The notes below the pieces were generated by a model. The model was not told the DNA's origin. It saw nothing but the letters and a program-made list of their open reading frames with translations, and made no database searches. Source: an uncultured Acidobacteriota bacterium (lineage in GTDB: Bacteria; Acidobacteriota; UBA6911). From it: a DNA stretch of 64,000 nt. Shown here piece after piece: positions 52,095 to 63,335 of this stretch. A program made the position numbers and the translations under genes. Numbering within the stretch: position 1 is the first letter of the stretch; each line of letters begins with the position of its first letter. Location of the stretch: NCBI GenBank assembly GCA_963827655.1, contig CAWHCF010000046.1, positions 113,321-177,320 on the forward strand, given 5' to 3'.

Positions 52095-52961
52095 CCCTCC
52101 GCGAAAACAATGCAATTGGTTTTAGGAACAACGATATCACCGTTTGCTGTTGAACGATCCATAGGAAAACGCTTTCGTCGAGAAACGCAGGAACACGGGC
52201 CGCTATGCCCAGTGGACGAATAATACATTTGGCCCGCAGCAGGACCGTGCAGGCGAAAATAGTTTCTTCCGCAAAATTACAGTTTCAAGTTGATGTGAGC
52301 GGGCTCGAACCCAGCTGCTTGATAGGCGAAGCTCTGTCCGTAGAATGTGAAGGCAAGATACTCAATCACCTCCCGGCTGAGATCGAGTCTTCGGGCCTGC
52401 ATGTGCGAAATCACCTTCGCCCGTTGAGTAAATAGCGCCAGACCAATCCGCAAACCACTTGAACCTTGGCTCACCACGTGAGAGGATTTGTAAGCGAGAA
52501 GTCCTTCTCGAGATAACTGCCGACTTGGACTCGTGAAGCAAGCGTAAGCGATGTTAGTTATCAGAATCATTCAGCTGCAGTTTTTGTTTCTGTGCATTTT
52601 TCGTTGTCTGCGAGTCAATCGCCGGCCCAAAGAACGGGCCGTTCTGGTTTGCGCTCGTCGCCGTTACGCTCGTCGCTCTGACTGTCGCTGGTACGATCGC
52701 CCGCAGATCGCGCTGATTCCTCCCTCAAGCTTCGCATGAAAATCAGCAGCTGCGCAGGCCGCGTCGAAGCGATAGATCCTACAATGCTCGTCTTTGTTCG
52801 ACACTCCGGCGAACTTCTTAGATCAATCTCACGATTTTGGCCAGTGGCGTTGGCCGGTTGGTAGCCTCGGAACAGCTAGCACCAATTTCAGATGCGGCAT
52901 AGTGTGCGAAAACCGAATGGAAATACGGCAGGCAGGGGCCGTTCGGGTGAAACATGGGACT

Positions 52962-53990
52962 TCAAAGATCCATTTCCAATGCCGACTTGGAACTCTCCGT
53001 CGTTGAATGAAGGATCTGAGCGCTATCGGAGATCGGCTGATGCACGATGAATCCATGAGGTTCGTTGAAATGGGCAAGAGCCTGGTCGAGGGACTTGTGC
53101 AACTCCAGAGCAATTAAGAGGTCGGCGGCTCTATGGGCGTCGTGGGCTGCACGGAAGATCTCGTGCCTGTCGTCTTGAAGAGTCTTGAGCCAGGAGCCCA
53201 CGTAGGCAGCGTGGGAGTCGGGGTTGTGGGGGATGCCGCGCTCGGCCATCAGGAAGACGCTGGCCAGTTCGGCGCGCAGCTCTTCCTTGGCATAGTTAAG
53301 ATCTCCAAAGCAGTAACTCTCATTCAGCGTCTCCCGGTTCAACCGCTGGGGATGGCCACTCCAATGGGCGAGTTCGTGAAGGGCGGTTCCGTAGTAGTCC
53401 CCGGGAGTCTTGAAGGCCGCCCTTGACGGAAGGTGAATGCTGTCGGACCGGCGGTTGTAGAAGGCGCGATCGGCCTGGTCATGAGTGATCCGGGCGCCGC
53501 TATTTCGCAAGACCGCCTCTGCACTCTGCATGATCTCCCATTCCTGGCGCACACGCGGCGCATGAGCCGGAATCCCATCGATCTGACGGGCATTGAAGAT
53601 ACTGTATACGCGATAGATGATACGATCGCGCCAGGAAGCGGGGCTGTCTTCCTTGGATTGTTCGTGACCCGAACGTCGGGCATCGGGAAACTGCCAGAAT
53701 TCAATCTGGGTGCCTTTTTCGCCCCGTCGCACTTGCCAGCCATTTTCTTGAGCCTGCCGATAGGTGAGCCAACGCGGGTCCTCATAGCCATTGCGCATGC
53801 CAACAACCATCAAATGGACTGCATTACCGCCGCGATAGGGCTTCCCAGAAGTCGGATTGAACGGCATTTCGAAGGCCCCCGACTGCCAGGGCTTCTGCCA
53901 CGGTGCGGCTCCCCTTTCGAGGGCAGCAATAATGGTGTCCGTGACTTCCTGGCGGAGATCCCGTTTGACTGGAGGACTTGCCAAGTTCAT
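52962..53990 (-). CDS. ardC: ArdC-like ssDNA-binding antirestriction protein with zincin metallopeptidase domain
   Basis: PWQKPW, YRGGN, WLTYRQAQ..GWQVRRGEKG, LHELAHWSGH and YAKEELRAE motifs. Confidence 0.92.
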   Translation of the reverse strand: MNLASPPVKRDLRQEVTDTIIAALERGAAPWQKPWQSGAFEMPFNPTSGKPYRGGNAVHLMVVGMRNGYEDPRWLTYRQAQENGWQVRRGEKGTQIEFWQFPDARRSGHEQSKEDSPASWRDRIIYRVYSIFNARQIDGIPAHAPRVRQEWEIMQSAEAVLRNSGARITHDQADRAFYNRRSDSIHLPSRAAFKTPGDYYGTALHELAHWSGHPQRLNRETLNESYCFGDLNYAKEELRAELASVFLMAERGIPHNPDSHAAYVGSWLKTLQDDRHEIFRAAHDAHRAADLLIALELHKSLDQALAHFNEPHGFIVHQPISDSAQILHSTTESSKSALEMDL

Positions 53991-54166
53991 CGTGGGTCCC
54001 TCCATTCAAACTCGGGTTCCGGGAACTCTCTTTCAAAGCCGGAGCCTTCGAGATTTTCGCCTCCCAACGACTCCAGCAGATCGGGAACGGTATCGAGGCT
54101 CTTGTCATTGGCCCTTATACGGGATGCTGGTTGGGTTGGATCGGAGTCCAGGGGTTTGTCGGACAT
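53987..54166 (-). CDS. 59-aa acidic protein translationally coupled to ardC (absent from ORF track)
   Basis: GAAAGGAGA RBS, MSDKPLDSDP...EFPEPEFEWRDPR*; TGA overlaps the ardC ATG (ATGA). Confidence 0.65.
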   Translation of the reverse strand: MSDKPLDSDPTQPASRIRANDKSLDTVPDLLESLGGENLEGSGFEREFPEPEFEWRDPR

Positions 54167-54206
54167 AACTGAAATCTCCTTTCTTCCTTCATAGCCAAAG
54201 CGATGT

Positions 54207-54234
54207 GCCCGCCCGGCAGCAAAACCGGGCGGGC
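54207..54234. terminator. GC-rich hairpin
   Basis: gcccgcccgg-cagcaaaa-ccgggcgggc, with no clear U-tract. Confidence 0.45.
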
Positions 54235-54244
54235 GCAGTCGGAG

Positions 54245-54523
54245 TCAGCTGCGCTCCTGCTGCTTCTGAATGATCCAGGAGTGAGCCTGATCGGCCACCT
54301 TGGCAACCACGAGCAGGTCGTCAGCGGAGAATGAGTCCGCGGACTTCCATTCATCGCTTGTGTCCTTGTAGCTGCGTGACAGAGTCACGTTGTACCAGGT
54401 ACCGGTCTCCCCCTGGTTCTGCCAGATGGCTGCCTCGATTCGAGACATCCGGATCCGATGGACAGGCTGGTTGCGGGTTGTTGCTTTGGGTTCCTGCTGA
54501 GTTACTGATTTGTTGTTGGTCAT
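54245..54523 (-). CDS. Small conserved mobile-element protein, possible ssDNA-binding
   Basis: Own RBS (AAGGGAG); PVHRIRMSRIEAAIWQN..YNVTLSRSYKD..WKSADSF; fused to the coupling protein in the ORF track only through a probable frameshift. Confidence 0.7.
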   Translation of the reverse strand: MTNNKSVTQQEPKATTRNQPVHRIRMSRIEAAIWQNQGETGTWYNVTLSRSYKDTSDEWKSADSFSADDLLVVAKVADQAHSWIIQKQQERS

Positions 54524-54663
54524 TGTTTCTCCCTTAAGTGATGTGGATCTTGTTCCTTCACTCGCGGTTGAGGAACAAATCCACAGAATGAAGTGAGCGG
54601 TGGCGACGCGGAGCCGTCGCGAGGTAGAGACGTTCTTGTCGTGATTCCCACTTGAATTCCCTT

Positions 54664-56591
54664 TCACGGAGCGGACTGAACTGGTTGAGCAGCCTGGCCG
54701 GTAGTCGGCGGGCCCGATCTCTCCTGAAGCATCCTCTGCAAACCGAAGTCGCGCGGCAACAAACTCGTCATTGATCACAGGCAAGAACTTCCTCGGTGTT
54801 TCCATCCGTGTCAGGCCGCAGTTGGCGATCTTCAGATAAGCATGGAAGTCAGGAAGGCTCTGGAACTCAGTGGGAAGGATGATCTTCTCGAGTTTTTCCT
54901 GCTCGCTCATACTGAAGCGGTCGCCGAGGTCGCTTGGGCTGAACTGGCTGCTCTGGAACTTCTTGATAACCTCCCGCTCACCAAAGGCCTTCGACAGAAA
55001 GTCGGCCGTCGTGGGATCGTTCAAGCGGAAGATGAGATGCACGTTAAAATTGTTGAAGAAGGTCTCTTTCTGGTCCGAGCCATAGATATTGGACACCGAA
55101 CCGAGATCCTGGTTGGCAAGGACGAGAGAGCCGCCTTTGGACCGGCCCATGGTCAAGAAATCCAAGATGCAGGGCATCTTGGACAACGAGCCAAACTCAT
55201 CGACTACAAAAGTGATGCGGCGGGTAAAGCTGTCGGTCAGGGAGAGAACTTCGCGGGTCATGATATCGATGACGAAGGTCATGAGCGAGCGGAAGATGGC
55301 ATCGTACTGGCGGATGTTCATGAGAAAGAGATTCCGCTGGTCCGCATCATCGCGAATGAAGCTACGGAATGAAAACGCCCCGTCACGATCGGTGAGGTAA
55401 CGAAAGAATGTAAGCCGCTCCTGCAAAATCGAAATGACTGAAGCGGCCTGGTTCGAGTCCGCCTTATCGATGTGTTTGAGGGCGCCGAGCTCGCGTACCG
55501 GCAGCGTGTAGAGCGCATCACGAATCTGCTGCAATGGAAGGGAGAAGAACTCCCAGATATCCCGGTTCGATTTTTGACCCTCACGGAGCAGGTAAAAGAG
55601 ACCGGTGCGGAAGACGTCACGAGCGGCGTTATACCAGTAGACGTCCTTCGACTCCTTCGGAGGCTCGTAGAGTGAAGTGCAGAGGACATCGAGATCGGGG
55701 TAATCGCGGACTTCGTTAAAGAAGCTCCATGGAACGGACCGCCGGTCGAAGGGATAGAAGATCAGGTCCTGGGGCCCCAAGTGCTTTCCGCAGAACTCCC
55801 CTTTCACATCGTAGATAACGCACTTGTTTACTCCCGCGGTTAAAGCGCGGCGCGCCTTGAGCGCCGTCAGATAATGGTTCAGGAACACAGACTTTCCAGT
55901 TCCAGAGGTCCCGAGGACCAGAATATGCCGGCGAGACACGGAGTCGGGCACGGACGCCTCGCCCAGGCGAAGAGGAACGGACGCAGGATTCTCCTTTTCT
56001 TCCTGCTTGATGGCCTGGTTGAGCGCGACTTTCATTCGCTCGAACGGCATGAGGTCTGCGCCCCGCACGAATTCGGTCTTTGAGGACCTCCGGTTCAGCC
56101 GGCTGAAAGCGAGAAAGTAGAGCAGACCGAAGACAGGGAAGAAAAGCAGGCTGATCGGAAAGATCCACCGGAGCTGTTCCACGCGGCCTCTGGTGATCCA
56201 AAGGATCGCCTTCCGGTAGGTTTCCCTCGGCACTTCCCGTTGCCGGAAAAAGGGCTGAAGCTCCGGCTCGACGACTTCGCGCTTATCCGGACTTCCCAGG
56301 CGTTTTGAACTGAGCTGGATGCTGAGGTAGTTCTTCGGATTCAGTGAAACGTAATACTTGACGCAACGAAAAGAGCGGAAGACGTGGGTCCCTGAGTTCA
56401 CGTTCAGCCGGGGCTTTCCATCTACAATCCGTAGCTCGGGGATCGGCCCGGCAACATAGCGGGATAAGAAAGGTAGTCATCACGCCGGCATAAAGAATTG
56501 AAGCCAGCAGGAAGCCGACTACGGCCATCTGGATGTACATCCTGGCGGCCGAGATCGCGCGATCGTGGGCTACGTAGGCACGTGAGGGCAT
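54664..56591 (-). CDS. Type IV coupling protein (TraD/TrwB family), frameshifted
   Basis: N-terminal TM helices, Walker A GTSGTGKS, IYDVKGEF, Walker B FVVDEF, GRSKGG and LANQD. Confidence 0.9.
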
Positions 56592-56714
56592 CTGGGGCGC
56601 TTCCTATTCCAACCGCTCGGAAAGCCCGAGCCTGGTGTTTTTGGCTTCGTCAATCGTTCGGCGCATCACCCCAGAGAAATCGTCCCATACCCGAATGTTT
56701 CCACGGTAAGACAT

Positions 56715-57046
56715 CTAGTACCTTTCCAATCTTTCAATCAGCCGGTCGGTTTCCTTGTTCAACACGTTGCTCAACGCCCCCAAGAAGGTACGGAACTCTT
56801 CAGGATTGACGTCGGGCTTTCTTCCATAGGAGTAAATGATCTGACAGACGAACTCGAACTTATTTGCGAGTTCCGCGCAAATAGCCGCCTGCCGCACGAG
56901 TTTAGTCGCTGCATCGGAGTAAGCTTGATCTAAGAGCTTGAGGCGGACAAACTCTTGGACAGTCATCCCCGCGGTCGCGGAAAGCTGAGAAAGGGTGTCC
57001 CACTCCGCTTCGGAAAATTCGAGACTTAAACCAACACCTTGCTCAT
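56715..57046 (-). CDS. Putative ribbon-helix-helix relaxosome accessory protein (frameshift near start)
   Basis: SLEFSEAEWDTLSQLSATAGMTVQEFVR resembles an RHH; AGAGGAG RBS; lies upstream of the coupling protein as trwA does. Confidence 0.55.
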
Positions 57047-57064
57047 AGGAAGTCTCCTCTAAGG

Positions 57065-57904
57065 CTAATGATTGAACTCGATGACACCATGGTTGCGTGT
57101 GGACTGCCAACACGAGGCGTCCTTCATGACAAGAAGTTTTCGTTTCGGATGTTCAGGGTCCTGGAGCAATTCAAGTGTTCTGTGCGACTCAGCGAGCTTG
57201 AGGAGCACGGCGCGGTTCTTCTCGACTTGCTGGACCAGGTCTGCGCGTTCCGTTTCGATACGACCTTCGTACCATTGATGGAGAGAAAACCAGGAACCAA
57301 GCGACAATGCGCAGGCAATGAGAAACGCGGCCAGGGCATAGGCCCCAAGTGAACACTGCGGGCAAAGGCGGCGTTTTCGCGCAGAGTGGCTGCAGCTTGA
57401 TTGTTAGACGCGATGGTATCGTCGAATGCGCTGTTCGATCTGGCAAGCTCAGCCAGACGGGTCTCTAGCGGCTGAAGAGTGATTGCTCCAGGCTGGCGTT
57501 CAACAACTCCGCCATGCGCCCGGCCAGATCCTCGGCCAAGCCGCGTGTGGCTTCTTCAACATGCTCGTGGATCTTCGCGAGATCCTGGCGAAGTGTTCCG
57601 CTTCCTGAATGACCTGGCGGGCCACAATTCGCGCTGGTTTCCGAACTGCGGCGCGCGTCGGCACTGAGGCGATCAATCTCCTGCTTCAGCCGCTCGATTT
57701 CAGCCGCAGCCGTCTGGATGCTCGCTGGAATGGATTCGTAGTAGGCTTTGTAGAGCTGAAGGCTCCGTAGCAGGCGCGCCAACTCGACATCGTTCGGACT
57801 GATTCCAGCTTTGTACAGGTTCTGAAAGAATTCGGCCTTGTGCTGATCCGGGAGATCCGCGACAAGGTCGTCAAGCAATGGTGGTTGGGCGTCTGGACGT
57901 TCAT
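57065..57904 (-). CDS. Coiled-coil membrane protein (TraM/StbC-position), multiple frameshifts
   Basis: ORFs 57465..57878 and 57065..57307 give a coiled coil plus a hydrophobic segment. Confidence 0.5.
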
Positions 57905-57905
57905 G

Positions 57906-58644
57906 TCATGGTTTGCCTCCAGACAGAAGCTGACGGATAGGATCGAACTGATCATAGATACCCTGCTGGAAGCGACGAAGCCGCGCCCTCACCATCAACC
58001 GTGAGAGCAGCGGTCCAATGTCTTTGCCCCGAGCGGATATGCCATTCGAAGAATCCAGGACTTCCGCGATCGTCAGATTCGAGCCGCTCAAGTTCGGTTA
58101 CATACTCGTCGTCCAGGCGAGGTAGCACCACATGATGCGGAACGAACGTCTGGCGAAAATTGAGAGCTCCATCGCTTTCGTCATAGTCGGGCAGGATAGT
58201 CCCCATCCTTGAGGTTCTTGAAAACGACATACCGAACACGATCCTGGAGTGACGTGCACCCAATTGAGGAATGATTGGACACTGTCCGGAGAACTGGTTA
58301 CAGAGGCCAGGCAGACAAAATCGATACCGCGGGACCTGAGTTCTTCAAAGGGTACGTCAAGCCACCAGTCGAGGACCTCTCTTCCCGTGCCGGCCTTCAA
58401 GTCGGCGATGATCAGAGAGCTGCCATTGAGCGCCCGCTCGACCAGGATATCGTGAGAAGATCTCTTTCTTGATCTCGACCTGAAGAGCCTCAGGAAAGAA
58501 TCGGGAGAGAGTGCGGTTCTCGTCGTCAAGATCCAGCAGCAGCGGATCGGCGCCATGCTGGCGTAGATATGTAATCAGGAAGCGGGCCGCCGTGGATTTT
58601 CCGGTCCCCCCTTTGGCCCCAGCCGTAAAAATAATGTTCGACAT
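57906..58644 (-). CDS. ParA/MinD-like P-loop ATPase (TraL/StbB-like), frameshifted
   Basis: Deviant Walker A GAKGGTGKS, LLDLDDEN and IIADLKAG. Confidence 0.8.
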
Positions 58645-59054
58645 CAGTGCCCCTCCTCTTCGAGTTTCTTACGAATTGCGGCTGCCTCTTCCTTCGGAAG
58701 TCGTTTCAGGTTGTAGCGGTCGCTGGATGTGAATGGAATTCGAATTTCGTGTTGCTCCGATTGAGCGGATCAGCGACTTCCGCTCGAGCGGGCAACGCCT
58801 TTGCGGCTGGCAGCCGGGCGAACAGATGTAGACTTTCTTGGCTGTGGGTCGTTGCCGAAGCTATACATTTTGCGACCGCGGGACCTCACCTTGATGAACT
58901 TGAAGATGGCCGCGCGTCTGAATGCTGAGGCTGTACTTCTGCCGTAGCAGCTCGGCGATCTGCTCATAAGGCATCGGGTGGCTTTCGACGCCTCAAGCAA
59001 CGATTTCGTCTTCGATAGGGAATCAGGCGCGACTGATATGGTTTGACCGGGCAT
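58644..59054 (-). CDS. Small HTH DNA-binding protein (TraK/StbA-position), frameshifted
   Basis: Reconstructed ..PYEQIAELLRQKYSLSIQ..AIFKFIK..SDRYNLKRLPKEEAAAIRKKLEEEGH*; TGATG overlap with the ATPase. Confidence 0.6.
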
Positions 59055-59101
59055 CGTAACTCGCAGCCTTCATTGAAGATAGATGCTTCCGGTCTGAAGC
59101 A

Positions 59102-59207
59102 GTTTCCACTTTGTTTCCGCTTTGTATGCCACATGCCCAGAAGCGGAAACAAAGCGGATACAGAGTGGAAACAAAGCGGAAACATGTTTCCGCTTTGTTT
59201 CCACTCC
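59102..59207. repeat. Array of 11-bp direct and inverted repeats (AAAGCGGAAAC)
   Basis: 2 reverse, 4 forward and 2 reverse units; dyad GGAAACATGTTTCC. Confidence 0.9.
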
Positions 59208-59386
59208 ACGAAGTCTCGAAGAAATCCTTCGAGGTATTGCGTCTCGGATCGGGAGAGCAACGCTCTAACGATCCGAGAACTTCCATCAACACCCTCGTTC
59301 GAATCCGGATCAATCTAGGCATTGGAGCACTCCTCTTCGAATGCAGAGACAGCTGGCTCGGGGGCCTGCCATGATGACGATGCTCG

Positions 59387-62300
59387 TTACCCAAGTCTGC
59401 CTACCTGGCTCCTCCTTGGGTGACGCAACCTGGATGGCTCCAAGCTTTCCGATGCTGGCATCCTCAAAGATCGAGCTCCAGACATTGGCCCGCCACTTCG
59501 ATTGTGCAGAACGTATAGCTGAGACGGAGCAGGCGGGCCCCTGGCAGAAGTTCCGCCTGGGTCAGGCAGTGATCGGGTACAACGCGTCGTCGCTCCGTCA
59601 GCTGAAATGAAAAGACCGCCAATCAAAGCCGAGCGTAGCGAAGCGCGGGAGGTATAGCACTGAAATGACATCGATAATCTCCTCATTGGCACCATCTCGA
59701 TCCCAAGATCTCTCGGGCGTTCGAATATGGCGTGAAACATGCTGGCTTCTTTAGCCGCGCGTTGCCAGGCGAGACGATCGTTGAAGCGCCAGAAGGCGGA
59801 GCGAGAAGTGCCTATAACGTCGGACGCAGCGAGCCGGTCGGAAGTGCGCTTTAGGCCCTCAAGGAGATGCGTCTTTCTCAGGGGTAAAGATGCGGGCCTG
59901 GTTGCGACCTCTGGAACAGGCGACGTAGGCGGCCTTGGCATCGAGCTGTTCGGCGGCGACTACGACCTGGTCGTGGGTGCGGCCCTGAGCCTTGTAACTG
60001 GTGACAACATAACCGTGGCAGAAGTGCCGGAAGCCGGAAGGTACGAGCTTTCCTTCGAGGGTCTCCAGTGATCCGTCCTTGCATAGGGTTTTGACAGTGA
60101 GGACCTGGCCGTTTACGAGACCGGCTTGACGGTCATTTCGGCGGACAAGAATCTTGTCGCCCTGGCAGAGCTCGATAGTTCGTGGCAGCGAGACAGTGAG
60201 CTTTTCTGCGTGTCTACCGACATCGATCGGAAGGTTGTGACCATTCACCCAAAGCTGACCAGCTTCAACGCGCTCAACCTCGAGGGTCTGGCCACGCTGA
60301 ATGTAACCAACCCGTGCGTTGAAAGTGACCACCATACCTCGCCGGTAGTTTGTGGCATCACTCTTCTGCTCAACGGTCCAGTCCAATTGATCATGGACAG
60401 TCACGGCAGTCCCATCTCCCAGGAGTTCCCGCTCCTTGAGCCCGTCACGAATGGCCTCCGTGAATCGGTGGTTCTCTTCCCAGGTTGGGGAAATGGCGAT
60501 GCAGCGATCGAGATCTCTGCCGCCGCTGGTAGCCTCGAAATAGGCCTCGGCAGCTCGCTCGACATACTGACCACGCGGCTCCTCGACCCAGCCGAGGGCA
60601 TCGAGCCGCTCGATGCCCTCGAGGGTATCGCCCCGTGACATGGCGCGGATGGCAGCGTTGTATTCCTCCACTTGCTGCCGGCGGATATCCTTGAGCTCGG
60701 ACCTATGGAGGTTAGAGTGTTGCTCGAGGACCCGGAGGAAGTCTCCTGCCTCAACGGAAACGTGCTGCCGGATGTCTCCGACAAAAAGGACGCGAGCGTC
60801 ACTGGTCTGGGCGATGCGTAGGAGCGAGGCACCCATTTTGACTGACTGGAGGCTCGACTCATCGATGATGATGACTGAACCGCGGAGGTCGGCGGCGTTT
60901 GCCTGGTTCGTGAGGAAGTCGTCAACGGTCGTGGCATGGGTGAAGCCGTCACGTCGTAGAACTTCAACGGCCGAGGCGGTGGGTGCCAGGTAGTAGGCAG
61001 TCCTTCCCGACGCTTCCAGGCCTTTGCGGACTTCCGTCAGACAGCTGGTTTTCCCGGCTCCTGCGCAACCGCGGATGGCGTAGACCCGGTCGGTGCTCTG
61101 CAAGGTTTCTAGAACCACATCCTGCTGTTCTCTTGATTTGAAATCAAAAGCGACGCCTTCGGTCTTTCCGAGTGGCAGACAAGAATTCTGGGTCTGATTG
61201 ACAAACTCGATAGACCAGCGCTCGAGATTTAATCCGCGACGGGAGGCCCACTGGCAGGATAACAGCCGATTGCGCGCGTGCACAGCCAGGCGGACCATGC
61301 CGTTAGAGTCGCTCGTCATGTAGCGCTTAAGTGTTGCGAGGTCGAGATACCCAAGCTTCTGGTTGAGGGCCTCGGCTAGGATCTGATGGCCACGCACAAC
61401 AGAGTGACGCTCGTACAGATGATCGCGGGCATGCAGCAGCGCCCGCCAGGGGGATCCCATCCGAACGGTTCCATCGGCACCGACCAAAGCTCGCTGTTTG
61501 ATCGCCTCGAGCGTCGCCAACTCTGATTCGGATAGTTGCGACCGCTGAAACGATCGGACCTCGGGCGCCGAGCTTTCCTTGAGCTTGACGTTACGCGTCT
61601 CGCGGGTGATGACCTGGATCTCACGGGTCGTCGGGGCGCGGCCTTTCTCTTTACGGAAGCGCTCGATGCCAGCCTCGACCTCTGCGCGGCGCTTGCTGAA
61701 GCGTTCCCGGATATCGCTTGAGACCCCCTTGATCTCGAACCCCTCGACGATACCTTTCTCGTTGCGCGCAGTCTCAATGCTGTAACCCAGGAGTCGGCAC
61801 TCGCGCGCCAGCTCGTTCTGGTAGACCTTGCCGGCATAGCGGATGGCCTTGAACATTTCGCAGGTGTCCAGGGCGAGCCAACGCTTGCGGTCGGAATCCC
61901 AGGTGGCGTTTGCGACCACGAAGTGGGTGTGAAGCTGAGGATCCAAAGCCCGGGAGGAGTCGTGCCGGAAGGCGGCGGCGCAGACGTTTCCGCTGATCTG
62001 GGGTTGCCGGGTCAAACCGGAGCGATAGGCGGCAAAGCGTTCCAGCTCGCCGAATGCTCTGGCGGCCGCCCTGTCGTGAGCTCCGTACAGACGCTGGTCA
62101 TCCAGGGTGACCGCCATGATGGAGATGCTCTTCTGAGCCGAGCACTGGAAATCGAAGAACCGGATGCCATTCTCTGCTCTTCGTGGAGTGAGCCGGCCGG
62201 AGCCGTCCGGCAAACGGTTCCGGCGCAGAGCCTCAAAAGCCGCGTCGTCCTTGCCGATGGAGTTTCCGGACAGGCCCAGCCGCTCGGCTCCCTTTCCCAC

Positions 62301-62402
62301 CCAGAACCCGGTGACATGCTCGTTTTCGCAGTAATAGTCGTTGGCGGTCAAATGACTGCTCAAGTAGGTACTGCCGTCCTTGATCTTGGCGCAAGTGAAC
62401 AT
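59387..62402 (-). CDS. MOBF (TrwC-like) relaxase-helicase; frameshift near the C-terminus, true end uncertain
   Basis: NDYY, FFDFQCSAQKS, HDSSRALDPQLHTH, GCAGAGKT, IIDES and HGYVVTSYKAQG motifs. Confidence 0.93.
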
Positions 62403-62447
62403 GTCAGGATTCCACCTCGATCTGTCGCCTCCGGAGGCGACTGAAGC

Positions 62448-63282
62448 CTAAAGACCGCGCTCGACTTCAGTTGAGAGGCTCAGGCCAACCTTCCGCTCGT
62501 TGAGCTGAGGTTCCTGAACCTTGGTCTTCTCCCGATGTTCCTGGACCAGGCGTTGAGCCTGCTCGGCAACGGCTGCATCGCCGTGATACCAGCTTCGGGC
62601 TTCCGGATCCCAGCGGCATCCCATCTGCTTCACCTGCTCATTGAGTTGATAGGGCACTTCATTAACGTAGTGCTTGCCGGTGGCCCTGGAGACCAGATCC
62701 TGCGCCTTGGCCGCCGCTTCCTTATCGATGTGATACCAGGCCTTGGCTGCAGGATCCCAGCTGCAATCCAGCGCTTTCAGTTGTTCGCGTGAACGGGTAG
62801 CAATTACCCTGGATGAAGTGCTTCTCCGGTCCCTTGTCGACTACCGCCTGAGCTTGAGCCGCCACTTCTTTGTCCATGTGGAACCACTGCTTTGAGTCGC
62901 CATCCCACTGGCAGCCGAGGGCCTTCAACTGGTCCTTGACGTCGTGGGCCATGCCGGTCACGTAATGGCGTTGACCTGAATCGGCTATCAGTTGCTGAGC
63001 CTTGGCCGCCGCTTCCTTGTCGGTGTGAAACCACTGACTGGATTCCTGATCCCACTTGGCCCCGAGTTCTTTCAGCCGGTCCTTGAGCTCATAAGGGGCC
63101 TGGCCGATGATGTGTCTTTCGGGCTCGGCTGGTACGAGTTTCTGGGCCTTGGCTGCCATCATTCGTACCGAGTGGTACCACTGGCCTGAGTCGGGGTCCC
63201 ACTTGCAGCCGAGCTCTTTTAGTTGGTCTTTGACCGCGAATGTATTTCCCTTAATGAAGTATTTCTTTTCCTCTTTCTCCAT
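62448..63282 (-). CDS. Protein of five tandem DUF5710-like repeats (two frameshifts)
   Basis: ~49-aa unit [KR]H[YF]..G....KDQLK.LG..WD.....W[YF]H.DKE.AA.AQ; AGGAGG RBS. Confidence 0.8.
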
Positions 63283-63335
63283 TGTGTCTTCCTCCTATGA
63301 ATAGGGGTTACCCTCACTTCAGGTGAATCAACCGA

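Noticed and set aside
54245-56401. Coupling protein fused to an SSB-like domain
   Set aside because: The downstream part has its own RBS and ATG at 54523, and a 1-nt correction ends the coupling protein at 54664.
59102-59207. Possible CRISPR array
   Set aside because: The units are 11 bp, abutting, without spacers, and there are no cas genes.
16875-63282. Programmed frameshifting or mass pseudogenisation
   Set aside because: Indels also hit conserved genes such as tdh, several at homopolymers, so sequencing error is the simpler explanation. This cannot be resolved without reads.
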